Notes: generated by a model from the sequence alone, not told the origin. Shown: positions 49,001 to 61,239, counted from the first letter of the stretch. The stretch is 64,000 bases of DNA from Chlorokybus atmophyticus (GCA_009103225.1 RHPI01002112.1:342150-406149), one strand, 5' to 3'. Program-made: numbers and translations.

Positions 49001-51351
49001 CTTGACGTAGAGTGAGCATGCAATGATATGCTAGCATGCACAACTGCACGCCCAGTACACATACCTGCAGTTTATAAGCTGTGCCACACATTCTTACCAT
49101 ATGTAATACCTTGCAACAACTTTGAAACAATTCCACTAAATTGATGTATGCGAAGGCGTGTGCAGTGTAGTGTATTTCCAAGTTCAACGAAATGTGCATG
49201 AAGCACCGTTTCTATAGAAGGCCTTTTCCCCGCCTGTCACAATGTGATAGGCGGGGAAAAGGCCGACGTCTGCAGAAACTGCAATGCACCAATTAGTTGA
49301 AATTGTTAATACTTTGATTCCGCGAAATCTTCGGATAAAATAGTGGTCATAAAGTTGTTTTTCATTTGCTTAGAACCGCCAGCCTATGCATTCTTGTCTA
49401 CAATTGTACACTTTATAATATCGCCAACAAATAGCTTTGCCAAACAACCAACCAGAGTTATTTTTTCACAAAGATTATGCGGCACTATGGCAATGTAAAA
49501 GTGGACACATGTGCAATCCATTGCAGGACGTATATAGCCAGCTCATGACCTTGCCTCTCCTCTGTTTTAGAGAATCGTTGGCAATCAAGCCTAACAATGC
49601 ATTTCCCCTTATTGTCACAAGTTGTTGCTCATTGCTTCGCCCATGTCATTATTGCATAAATCAGCAGGATGTACAGCCCCCCCCATCTTCACACTCACCC
49701 ACACCGACACCCACGCATGCACGCAATCATGTCACAGCAGATGATTTACCGCATTCTCGGCCCCGCTCTGCGTGCGCGAGGTGCTGTTGCTGCTGGAGCT
49801 GCTGCTCCCCGAACCGCTGCTGACCGAGAAGCCGCTACTGTTGCCTGCCACAGCGCTGCTGACGGATGCGTCCGAGGCGCTAATGTTGTTGTTGTTGCTG
49901 CTGCTGTTGTTGTTGGCGGTCGCTTCACCACTCGAGGCCGGAAGGGCTGACACTGAAGTCCCAACCGTAGCCACAGCCTGAGCAATGGATACATACTTTA
50001 CTCAATCCCCGCACGCATTACACATTTCCCCAACCCAACATGCTTCAACATCTCTCTCCTTGTCTCTACTCACCGGTGACGGGCTCGCCGCCGACATCGA
50101 CATCTGCGTGCCCTTGTCCGTTCCCCCCACACTCTCCCCCTTCTCCCCCTTCTCCCCCTTGTCTCCCCCCTTGACTACCGAATCACCCTGCGCGTGTGCC
50201 CCTCCTCCGGTCCGCTGCTGCCGGCGTGCGGACTTCTTCGTGGTCACCATGGGACGCAGGTCCGCCATGTCCTGTAGATGGGAAGTGTGGGTTGGGGTTC
50301 GGGTTGTGTGTGGGTGTGGGTGTGGGTGTGGGTGTGGGTGTGGTCGTGGGTGTGTCTGTTAGTGGGTGGGTGCTCACCACCAGTATGGTCTCGGGACGGG
50401 AACCGGTGAGTACTCGTCGCAGGGTGGCGATGGCCTCCACTGCTTCGTCTGCGCGTGCGCTCGCGTAGTGGTAGTCGTACTCCTGCGCAGCAGCGACGAG
50501 GAGAAAAGGGTGGTTGTTGGGTTGTGTGGAGCATGTTGATATTTGTTTGCATAAGAGTGTGAGCAGTGTCCTTGTTGCCACGCTTACTGAAGGGACGTGC
50601 AGAACAAACTGGCCGGACATTGTTGAGCGCATCAGCACAGGAATCTCCTGCGCATACCAAAGGAGAGAGAAGTTGTTGCAGCGAGTTACAGGGTCAGTTG
50701 GTTCCCTTGTTCTTGTTGCTGCTGCTGATGCTGGTGTTGCTGTTATTGTCGCCAGACGTGTGCAAAAAGAGACCTGCAGGGGTATGCGTCGCTTGCAGCG
50801 GTGTTTGTCGAGGTTGTAGATGGCGCGTTCCGTCACCATGAGAACGCGTCGCTGCACGACATGAGAATTGACGGCGCGAATGATCAATAAAGACCTCATC
50901 ATCAACTCGCAGTCAGTGAACACCCACCTGCACTTTGCCGCGACTATTGATCTTGTCCACTGCATCTGAGAAACGCACCCTTTCATTGCCAGCACCTAGT
51001 TGAGATCACAGATATCATGAATGTCGCTGCTTTGACAGTAGACTTGGTGCGCGTGTGCGGATACACAACGCTGTAACGCTGCCAATCGTTGTTGTTCATC
51101 GTTGCTAGATGATGACGTATGACACGTGCGCGTGTGCTTGCACGCTTGTGAATGCATGTGCTCTGTTGAATCATTCCGTCACTATGCCGTCACGCGCGAG
51201 CGTGTCATTGTGTGCATCACTGCGAGTTATACAATCGCCGAGCTGCACATTGTTGTTGTCGGAAGCTGACAACAACAATGTGCAACATACTGTATGAGGC
51301 CAGCATCTTCATCACGGCAGCGCTTGCCGCCAGGTTCAGGTAGTCCTCCAT
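46040..51351 (-). CDS. Myosin TH1-like (PH-fold) domain fused to an AGC (SGK/Akt/Ypk-like) Ser/Thr kinase
   Basis: MEDYLNL..., [15 protein letters not shown]|[14 protein letters not shown]...CKRRIPLQ|...FVLHVPS|EYDYHY (TH1-like), phase-0 linker exons, then [63 protein letters not shown] and the hydrophobic motif FEGFSY. Stop at 46040-46042. Further 5' exons up to ~51.8 kb are possible. Confidence 0.85.
46823..47302. other. Assembly gap (480 N), intronic in the kinase gene
   Basis: Run of N. The flanking exons join as SGL|PPFY, so no coding sequence appears to be missing. Confidence 0.95.
48961..49676 (+). repeat. 716-bp AT-rich direct repeat, copy in the kinase intron
   Basis: Appears identical to 60206-60921 at a constant 11245 offset. 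Bounded by (N)GTACA and TGTACA, with an internal 21-bp hairpin at 49220-49264. Confidence 0.9.
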
Positions 51352-52459
51352 GCCTTCTTCCTCCCTGGATACTTGTCTCACAGTAGTAGTCGTAGTAGCA
51401 GTAGTAGTGACCACAACACAATCAGGTCATCTCCTGCATGCGCTACAGACACTTTCTCTCACTCACTAAAACCAGGACCACCGCCCTTGTTCGATCCGCA
51501 TTCTCGATCCGGATCGGGTCTGCCTCAGATCCGAAGCGCCCTGCATCAAAAGCGCCCGTAATCCGCGGCAACTATGATGGTATATCCGTATGCGGCATTA
51601 TATACGGGCGGTGTTATGGATATCTCTCACCCTGTCGACGCTTTCCTCGTCGACATTATCAACGTCGATGTTGTCAGCGGCGGCGGCGGTGGCAGTGGCG
51701 GCATCATCGCTGGTATGGTGATGATGATGTTGGGTGTTGTGGATGATGAGGGCGTATGTTGTGGTGTGGTGACTCAGTGCCGACAATCGTAAACCAGTGC
51801 ATCGTGGACTTAAACTGGCTATGTGTTGAACTGACTGACGGTTGTGGACAGAGTGTACTTGTGGCTTTTTGACTCGATTGTCACAGATCCGCAGGGCATC
51901 AATGCTCAACCGAACCTCTGCGTACCATCATTAACCTGTCTGTGAGCAAGTTCTTTCTGAGATGCGAACAGTACAACACGTGACATAGCACTATCTCGTC
52001 ACTCAAGAACATGACTTGGCGCTGAGCATGTTGAGCCTAATCCTAAGCCTCCTGCAGTAAACATTGACTCTTCATCGTTGGTCTTGAACATTATTGTACC
52101 ATCAAACGTGCACACAGGATAAATCGTCTCTGTAGTGTTTGCAAGTCCATCGGTCCTGTCGACACTGCGGAACTGCAGTGCTTTCTTCTTATGGCTGACT
52201 GCTATCCCCAGCTGCTAGTGGTATGGACATGACATTCCTCCTAATGTGTTTGAACTGTAATACCATCACAGCAACTTGTTCCCGGCAGCTTCACGCTGTG
52301 TATGCTGACGCTTGCGCACGAGGACACGCTCGTGTGTGTGCATGTGTGTCTGTCACATCAACACGCCTGTCACAGCTCATGTAGCATACTTAGCCGCAAA
52401 GCACACATAGACGCTGCCTACTGCAGGTGACACTCTAGAGAGAAGTGAACAGCAGCTCA

Positions 52460-55065
52460 ATGCCGCCGCGTCCTCAGCCTGCCCGCAAGGCTCCCGACAC
52501 CAATGCCGCGAGCAGTAGTAGGACAAGCACGGCACCACCGCGGCCAGCACCAGCAACAACCACATCTACAACAACCAGAAGAACAAGCAGGACCACACCC
52601 ACGACCACGCCGTCGACAACGACTGCACCTGCGACTAGATCAACGAGCACCAGCGCATCGATCGCCAGGTGAGTGTGTGTATCAAACGCGCGTGTTGTAT
52701 TAGTTCATGCACCCATTTCGCGCGTGTTGTTGTATCAGAAACGTCTCGCGTGCGGGGTCTGAGGACAAACCCAACACAACAAGTGCGGGGGCTCCCAAGC
52801 CGCGTCCGATGAGAAGCAGCAGCACGTTGAACTCCGCATCCAAACCGCGTAACACCAACACCAACACCAACAGCAGCACTCGCCCAACATCCTTTGGTCC
52901 TGACTCGCTGGCCTCTGACCTGCCGCCAGACGCCCTCTTTCAGGTGAAGCGTTGATTGGCGTACTACTTACAATCTACCCACAAGTGTGCACTCAACTGT
53001 ACACTCAACCTCTCCTCACAGGTCTTCCGGTGGCTCTCCCCGCGCGACGTGGCCTCCGCCGCCTGCGCCTGCTCCACGTGGGCCGCCGCAGGCCGCTCTG
53101 AGGCCCTCTGGAAGGCCCTTTACTCCTCACGCTGGGGCGACAAGTCAAACCCAACAACAACAACAACAGTTACCCTCTCCTCCTTGTGGCAAGATAGGTT
53201 CAGGGATAGGTGGGTGAGGGATGCGCAAGCGCGCGTGGACCGCGCGCTGAGGAGGTTGTGTAAGGTATCCATCGTGGCGAAGCAACAGCACAACAATGTG
53301 TACAATATAGCTCCCGGGCAGTCTCGCCGTGCCATTGATATGTTGGACGTTACGCACACGCTGGCGGGTGAAGGGTTTGGCCACAAGAGCAAAGGATCCG
53401 TGTCGGGGTTCCCGCAGTCTCAGTTGATAAGACTCAATGTGGACGGGAACCTCATTGTCAAGAGTTTGAGGAGTCTCAAGGTGTGTGTGAATGAAAGTTA
53501 TAGTTGTGCTTGTTGCGTGGCAGCAAGGTGAGAAGGTGTTCCTTTTGCAGGTGGCGAGTTACAGTAGGGTGACGGAGAATGCATTCACGGCGCTGTGCGC
53601 TGATGTTGGGATGACTGCTGCGTGGACGCGTGTGGCGAGCGGGGCAGGCGGGATGACACTCTGGCAACTACCTGCTGGTAGGTGGTGGTGGTCCCCGTCG
53701 TTGTTGTTGTTATTGTCTTCTGCATGTTATACATTGCTCGCGCACCAACTACATGCTCTCACTTATGCATGTGTGTGCGTGCATGCAAAGGTGCCGGCAG
53801 TGCGGTATTCATGGGCGTGTTCGTGGACACTGCTGACGACCATGACGAGGACGGTAAAAACAACAACAAGCAGCAGCGCATAGAGCCCAACGCGCAGGTG
53901 GGCTTCGTGGCCGTCAGCCTGCACCACGTGGACGTCCTGCGGTCGGCCCTGCGGCTGCCTGTCGCCAGGCCACCTGTGCGCTATGATGACATCGATCCAA
54001 TACGTGGTGGGTATGTGTGTACGTGCGTGCTTGTGCGCTTCTGTGTGCACACGCACGTGTGCGAATACAGGTGTGTGCGCACACGTGCGTACGTGCACGT
54101 CCGTGCGAGCGCGCGTGTGTGTTTGTGGGTGTGTGGGTGTATGCGTGCGCGCAAGCGCTTGTGCACGCGCGCGTGTGTGTATCAGTGCACATCTGTCTGT
54201 CTGTGTTGTTGACATTGTATTATGTTAGACCAACTCTTCTGCTTCAGGTCTGCACGGGTACTTCTTGAGCGTGCAGCTGCGCATGTTGGGGAAGCTCCTG
54301 TGGCACGAGAACTTTCCTGATGTGAGTACGCCAATCATGTGCATTTACTTGCCGTAGTCCCTGGCATTGACTTTGCACATGTGCGCAGCTGCACTTCGAC
54401 AAAGACGCATCTGTGGCTCGCAATGCAGCAGTGTTTCCTCTCATCACCAACGCCAAAGCCTGCTCGGTAAGCTCCCCTCCCCCCCNNNNNNNNNNNNNNN
54501 NNNNNNNNNNNNNNNNNNNNNNNNNNNNNNNNNNNNNNNNNNNNNNNNNNNNNNNNNNNNNNNNNNNNNNNNNNNNNNNNNNNNNNNNNNNNNNNNNNNN
54601 NNNNNNNNNNNNNNNNNNNNNNNNNNNNNNNNNNNNNNNNNNNNNNNNNNNNNNNNNNNNNNNNNNNNNNNNNNNNNNNNNNNNNNNNNNNNNNNNNNNN
54701 NNNNNNNNNNNNNNNNNNNNNNNNNNNNNNNNNNNNNNNNNNNNNNNNNNNNNNNNNNNNNNNNNNNNNNNNNNNNNNNNNNNNNNNNNNNNNNNNNNNN
54801 NNNNNNNNNNNNNNNNNNNNNNNNNNNNNNNNNNNNNNNNNNNNNNNNNNNNNNNNNNNNNNNNNNNNNNNNNNNNNNNNNNNNNNNNNNNNNNNNNNNN
54901 NNNNCTCCCCCCCGTGTGTATAGAAGCACACAGTATGCTTATGCGTAATGTTGATACTGTGTATAATTTGTCACAATGCGATTGCGAGTGTCTGTCTCAC
55001 TCTCTCGGCACCACGTGTAGGCGTGGCACGTGTGCTTCCATACGCAATGTGCAATCTCGTCCCCT

Positions 55066-55100
<35 letters not shown>

Positions 55101-55465
55101 GTCAAGTCATCCACTTCCTTGGCTCTCTCTCCCTCCCCTGGCGCACGGACGCCTTCTCCGGCTCCCTCACCAACGTTGTCGTAGCCGAAATCTCCCTCTG
55201 GTCCGAGTCTGGTGCGTGGGTGTCGCATGGCAGTAGAGCCATCATGGCACGCCCCGCTGAGAGGCCTTGCTTGCGGTATGATGACTTTGATGGGGAGGTA
55301 AGGTACTCTGAGGCGAGAGTGGTGAGTGGGGAAGGAGGGGTGCGAGTAGAGTTTGGGTTTGTTGAGGGGAAGAGGAGAGGGGAAGCGGGCGTGATGGTGG
55401 AGAAGATGGAAATGGTGCTGGAGAGAGAGTGGTTGAGAGAGCATTGTGGGTGCATCCGCTTTTAA
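52460..55465 (+). CDS. F-box protein, FBXO15-like
   Basis: F-box SDLPPDALFQ|VFRWLSPRDVASAACACSTW...SEALWKALY. The C-terminus, VGFVAVSLHH...YDDIDPIR|GLHGYFLSVQL and FLGSLSLPWRTDAFSGSL, resembles recalled FBXO15 (LDDSPEYGLHGY; GKVGLSWKTDIFDG). Stop at 55463-55465. Confidence 0.7.
54486..54904. other. Assembly gap (419 N), probably intronic
   Basis: Run of N between phase-compatible F-box gene exons. Confidence 0.95.
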
Positions 55466-57692
55466 GTAGGGTTGAGAAGTTGTTAATTTGCTTTTCAGCA
55501 ATAGTCACGCGCATGCTATCTGGGTTCAAAGTAGGCATGTAAACAGCCCTCCTTGCTTGTCATCCCGTAAGCAACGTCTTGTCAATCAATCTTCCAACCA
55601 CAAGTGTCACAAGTAGTGCATCTTAGCTTGTATGTTGCCTTCATTTGCAAGTTGATTGCACGCAATCTATTAAGACAAAAAGAAACCGGTGACTATTATT
55701 GCTATGCTATGAACCGCAAGCTTTTATAAAAGATAAAGTTATGGTCTTTCAGCAATACATTGGTCAAAATTAGATAAGACCCAAAGTTTTGAGGGATCTT
55801 AATTGCTACACCACTTTGATATGGTTATGAATGCCATGTGCAGTTACTTTTTTGTTAAAGTGTAAAATCACTGCTTTGTGGACCAAAATGGATTATACCG
55901 TCAAAATGGTAAATACCACAATAAAAAAGAACGTGTCAACGCGATTGTGAGAGGCTCGTTCTATACATTTATGTGACTCATTCCGTTGCCATCACCACGA
56001 TATCATCAATCAAGTTCAATGTACATATATAAAATATAACAACAGGCTGATCAACAAGAAAGGGCCAACTGCGGGACACGGCAACCAACATAATAGGTAC
56101 AAAAGGTACAGGATGCCTAACCGAATAGATGCAAGCACACTGACACAGTACCCTCAAACGTCACAATCACCAGACGCAGTCAGCAACGCAATAGCCTCGT
56201 ATTGCTGTTACTTTAAGCAAAGATAGCTGTAGTTGCATAGGCTTCCCAATATTACCAATGCAAGGTGCAAATGCACATGCACACAGAGCGTGCAACGCAA
56301 GCCAGCAGCAGACATGTAAGGCTTCAACAACTACAACGGGGCAATACCACTAGCTAAGTGCTCAAGCTAAGTGCCAATGCAAGAGGGGTAGGATAGCAAG
56401 GAGGCAGGCGAGTTGAGGCAAGGAGGGGCAAGAACCTGTGCAACATGCGATGATGGTGAGGACGAGGGTTGAGTAGATCGAGGCCAAGGCAGTAGAGTAG
56501 AGCGCAGCAGCAGCAAGCATTAGCAGGTTAGTACAATGCATGTTTTGCCCATGATAGTACAGATGCAACTTACGGCTTGTAATCATCAGCTTCAAAGTGA
56601 ACATGTGCTTTCCTTGAAGTTGCCCTTCAAAGATAACATGTCATCCTTACAACTTACAAACTTGAAAATGCGCCACATACTGGTAACTTGCGTGACAGAA
56701 GGGGACTTCATTGCTGTACCAAAGTCACTTCATGGTAACTGGTCAGTCTGTACGTTGCCAAGCGAGGTACCCCTGTTAACGTTTGAGTGCGTTCTTCTTG
56801 GCGCAGCTGCCCGCCCGCGACCAGATGCGGCGGATAGCCGAGCGCGACGCCAAAAGTCGCTTTGGCAAGCAAGTGACGAGCGACCCGCACAGCGAGCACA
56901 GTACAGTGTCGCACGTTGCAAGAGGCGGTTTCAACCGCAGGCGGGCATCCCATTCGCAGAAAGTCAAGCAAGCAAGTTGCATGTTCAACCGCGACTCGCG
57001 CCGAGGCGTTACAACAGTTCAGCAGTTGATGCACTCCATAAGTTGACCGTGGGGTCAGGGCCGGCTGATGTCGGTCACATCTCCTTAAAAATCTCATCTC
57101 GACCGATAGATCTGAGTCGCCGATCCGCCGATAGCATCGTTCGCACCGGCCAGTGCTTTGCACCTCGGGCGTATCGACCGATACTTCTAGAGTGGTGCGA
57201 GCCACAAACCATGTCATGTGATGTGCGAGATACGCGCGGCAGGGCTTAGCGAGAGATACGCCTCGACGAGCGTGACACGTGGCAGAGTTCATCTGCGGTC
57301 GTCAGACCGCAAAACGTAACGCAGTTACAGCGGTGTCAGGCGCAGCCGGCTGCGTGCACGGCGTAGCCCGGTTACGTTGGCGTTGTCTTTGGGGTCAAGC
57401 AGCTCCTCTCTCAAACGTGTTGTTGCTGACATTGGCAACGTCGTTGCACTGGTGGAGAGGGTCGGCGGCACCATCACCCTTCAGGAGTTCCCTGCTTCGT
57501 GTTGCTGTGTACAGGTTGTTGATTTAGTTTCAAGACGTTGTCGAGCGCCGGCGGGTTGATTACTAGTTGCGGAGTTGACTGGAAGCCGGGAGCTGTTTTG
57601 AATTAGGGTTTTGACGGTGTGCAAGCGGGAGGTTGCTTTGAGAGGAGGTATTGTTGCTGTGCGGAGGCCGTTTGATGGCAGATAGCTTTGTC

Positions 57693-59655
57693 ATGGGGCA
57701 AGCACAGTCCACTCGTGATGAAGGTCGGATGGAGGTGGAGGAGGCGCCTACTGCTTTTGGTGCTGTTGCTGCTTCGGCGACAGAGGGTTCACAGGAGAGG
57801 GGGCCTGCAACGGAGCCAGCTGGCCCGTCTAGATGGTACTGCCACACCTGTGCAGAGGAGGTGAGCAGTCGTGCTCTGTTCCGGTTTATGGTGCCACAGG
57901 TTTGGTCTTAAATCAAATCACGATTGTTATGATGTCCGGCAAAGTGGACGAAGCTGTGACGTGTATTTGTTGTGCTTTTCTGTTTGGCAGCCCAATCAAC
58001 CATGCATAACTATCCGTCTGCAAGCAATCGGATGTGGTAGCTGTGAAGGGGTTTTTTTGATTAGTAACAGCCCAACAATTGTGTAATCGCTTGCTGATAT
58101 CATGCAATGTAGCCAGTTTTTGTACAATACGTCATGAAGATGACGTATTGCATGCAAAGTGTGCCTCACACAAGTGGTCATAGAGGTGCTTGCGGTGTTA
58201 CTCGTCACTTTTACTGGTCGGTCTGGGGGATGTCTTGTCTCTCTATTCCAATTGACCTCGGCTGAAGCAAGCTGTCGCCTTTCCGTGCTGGTTTCAAGTG
58301 CTTATCAGTGTGCCACGTGCTTATATGTTGCGTTGTTGTTGGTTGAGAATGTGACCACTATCTCATCAGCAGCAAGGGTTGTGACTGGGCTGTAACTGAT
58401 GAGGTATTTGCTGTTTTTATGCGGATGTACCTGCTGCACTGTCTTTGTGTTGTTCTTGCGCTGCACGTCACACAGTGTGCACTGTGCATGCTGCTTGACA
58501 TTTGTGCGCAGTAAGTTAAAGAACGCTTTCAGGGTTGTCTGGCATGTGCCTCGTCTGTTGCAGTTTAGGTTGTTTATTAAACTGCATTTGTTGCGCTGTT
58601 TATCAGTCAGTATCTATTTTTATTTGCTGCACTGTGTTTGGCGGAGTCTGGTTGCAAGTGATCAGTACCCGCTGCACCAGAGCCTTGCTACTCTGGACGG
58701 TGCAAGTTCAGTTAATGACAAAGCTGTTTGCACTTGCAGATAGGAGACGCAAGGGCAGGGTTGCCGGATGGGCATGACCCGGCGTGCCCACAATGTCAAG
58801 GAGAGTTTGTGGAACAGTTAGAGGGAGACAATCAGTTGGAGGCGGCCCGCGCCTGGACAGCAGATGACCATGCTGAAGAAGATGAAGACATGGAGTTTGA
58901 CCCTGGTAAGTCAAGGGAATAGTGCGTGCTATTATGTCTGTGTTTGCTGTCAACTATCATATTTCTTTGTTTCTCACTGAGCTGGTCATGCAGGTGCAGA
59001 GCAGCAGGGTCATACCCTTCGCAGTGAAACATGGCCAGGCGCCTCTGGAGGAGGAGTTTCGTTTCGCGGAGGCTCGGTTGGGGGTCCGTATTTTGAATTC
59101 CGCATCTCAACTTCTGATGGCCTTGGCGGCATGAATGCACCGCAATCCTTCATGCAGCACATGGTGCATCTGTTGCATCACACAATGGGCGCTGGCCAAG
59201 GTGGTGGTGCGCAAATACAGTTCAGAACTGTCCCTGGTGGAGAGGGAGGTGCTGCTGCAGACCCTCGGTCACCGCGCAACACGGCACTGTCCATGCCAAT
59301 TGAGGCCATCCTTAATCAGGCGCTCGGCCTGCATGGCAACCCCGGCGACTATGTCCTTGGCGACGCTGCTTTGCACAACATTATCTCCGAGCTAATGCAG
59401 AATGACCCTAATCGCCATGGCAACCCACCAGCTGCACAGGAAGCAATTGATCGGCTGCCTGTCGTGCTGGTTCCCAAGGAGGACGTGGCTATCAGCACAG
59501 AGTGTGCTGTGTGTAGAGAAGTCTACAAGGAGGGCGACAAGGCCATGCAGATGCCATGTGGTCATATGTTCTGCTCCACATGCTTGGTGCCCTGGCTGCA
59601 GCAGCGGAACACTTGCCCAACCTGCCGCTTCGAGCTGCCCGCACAGCAGCAGTAG
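57693..59655 (+). CDS. RNF126/RNF115-like E3 ligase (N-terminal zinc ribbon, C-terminal RING)
   Basis: WYCHTC|...ACPQCQGEFVEQL, GNPGDYVLG...LHNIISELMQND...GNPPAAQEAIDRLP, and CAVCRE...MPCGHMFCSTCLVPWLQQRNTCPTCR. An alternative in-frame ATG lies at 57675. Confidence 0.9.
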
Positions 59656-60205
59656 TTGGTATCTGCAATCAGCAGCGTTGCAGTACTACAGTACGCTTTT
59701 TACAGGGTGCAGGGCAGTGCGGTGCTGAAAAAGTTGCCATTCGGTGAAGATTGTCTCAGCCCTTCACGTGAACTTCAGTTCATCTTCTCCGAGCAACCAA
59801 GTGGGATGCTGACTGCAGATTGCGCAGTCATGTTCCCTCTGCTGTGATAGCAGCCTATAGATGACGTCAGTGTGTTGCAACTGTATGCAGGGTTTCAGCT
59901 CTGCGGTACTAGCTGTTTTGCAGGACTGGTATTGGGTGTTCTGCACTGTTGGTGGCCTGGTGTGGTCCACCAGCTATGGCTCGTAATAAGGTGGGTTAAT
60001 TAAGGTGTGCAGATGCAATAACTATTGTGGTTCTATCAATAAGGTCAGCGATTGTGACTCCGAAAGGTAGATTCTAAAAACATGGTGGTAGCCAGTTATG
60101 TTGCAGGAGTACGTCCAGTTACTGGGCGTGCAGTTATGCATGCTAGCATATCATTGCCTGCTCACTCTATGCCATCATGTGTGCGGCAATCTACTGAGCC
60201 GTTTT

Positions 60206-60921
60206 TGTACAACACAGCTATTGTATGCATGTTCATTTGCATTAACTTGACGTAGAGTGAGCATGCAATGATATGCTAGCATGCACAACTGCACGCCCAG
60301 TACACATACCTGCAGTTTATAAGCTGTGCCACACATTCTTACCATATGTAATACCTTGCAACAACTTTGAAACAATTCCACTAAATTGATGTATGCGAAG
60401 GCGTGTGCAGTGTAGTGTATTTCCAAGTTCAACGAAATGTGCATGAAGCACCGTTTCTATAGAAGGCCTTTTCCCCGCCTGTCACAATGTGATAGGCGGG
60501 GAAAAGGCCGACGTCTGCAGAAACTGCAATGCACCAATTAGTTGAAATTGTTAATACTTTGATTCCGCGAAATCTTCGGATAAAATAGTGGTCATAAAGT
60601 TGTTTTTCATTTGCTTAGAACCGCCAGCCTATGCATTCTTGTCTACAATTGTACACTTTATAATATCGCCAACAAATAGCTTTGCCAAACAACCAACCAG
60701 AGTTATTTTTTCACAAAGATTATGCGGCACTATGGCAATGTAAAAGTGGACACATGTGCAATCCATTGCAGGACGTATATAGCCAGCTCATGACCTTGCC
60801 TCTCCTCTGTTTTAGAGAATCGTTGGCAATCAAGCCTAACAATGCATTTCCCCTTATTGTCACAAGTTGTTGCTCATTGCTTCGCCCATGTCATTATTGC
60901 ATAAATCAGCAGGATGTACAG
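60206..60921 (+). repeat. 716-bp AT-rich direct repeat, intergenic copy
   Basis: Appears identical to 48961-49676. Starts with TGTACA and ends with TGTACAG. Confidence 0.9.
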
Positions 60922-61239
60922 TTAAATACAATGCATTGACAATTGGCCCAAGTGTTTATTGGCATGCATGGCAATAATGGCTATGTTAAACGGTTTGATA
61001 TGCCATGCTGATCGACATGGTCTATTGCAACAATTTAACGATGATATGATTTCATTGTTGTGCATGATGCGAATAAACTTTGTAACGAATTAAAGTGACA
61101 AACTTAAACTAGTTAGGTTATACTGCACAATGTGTCATAAACAATACACTAGTCTGCTGCAAAACAACAACCTCAATACTACTCCATCCCTTGCTACTCC
61201 TAACTACTCCCGAGGTCATAACATGCAGTATTTAACGCC

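Noticed and set aside
21500-55500. The whole GC-skewed domain as a contaminant or a single horizontally transferred block
   Set aside because: It contains plant-like SNAPC1 and At5g22320-like genes, and paralogs sharing intron positions with genes outside the domain. Transfer of individual genes is not excluded.
56536-57292. 237-aa and 194-aa overlapping ORFs upstream of the RING gene
   Set aside because: No domain motifs. The CpG-rich segment looks like promoter sequence.
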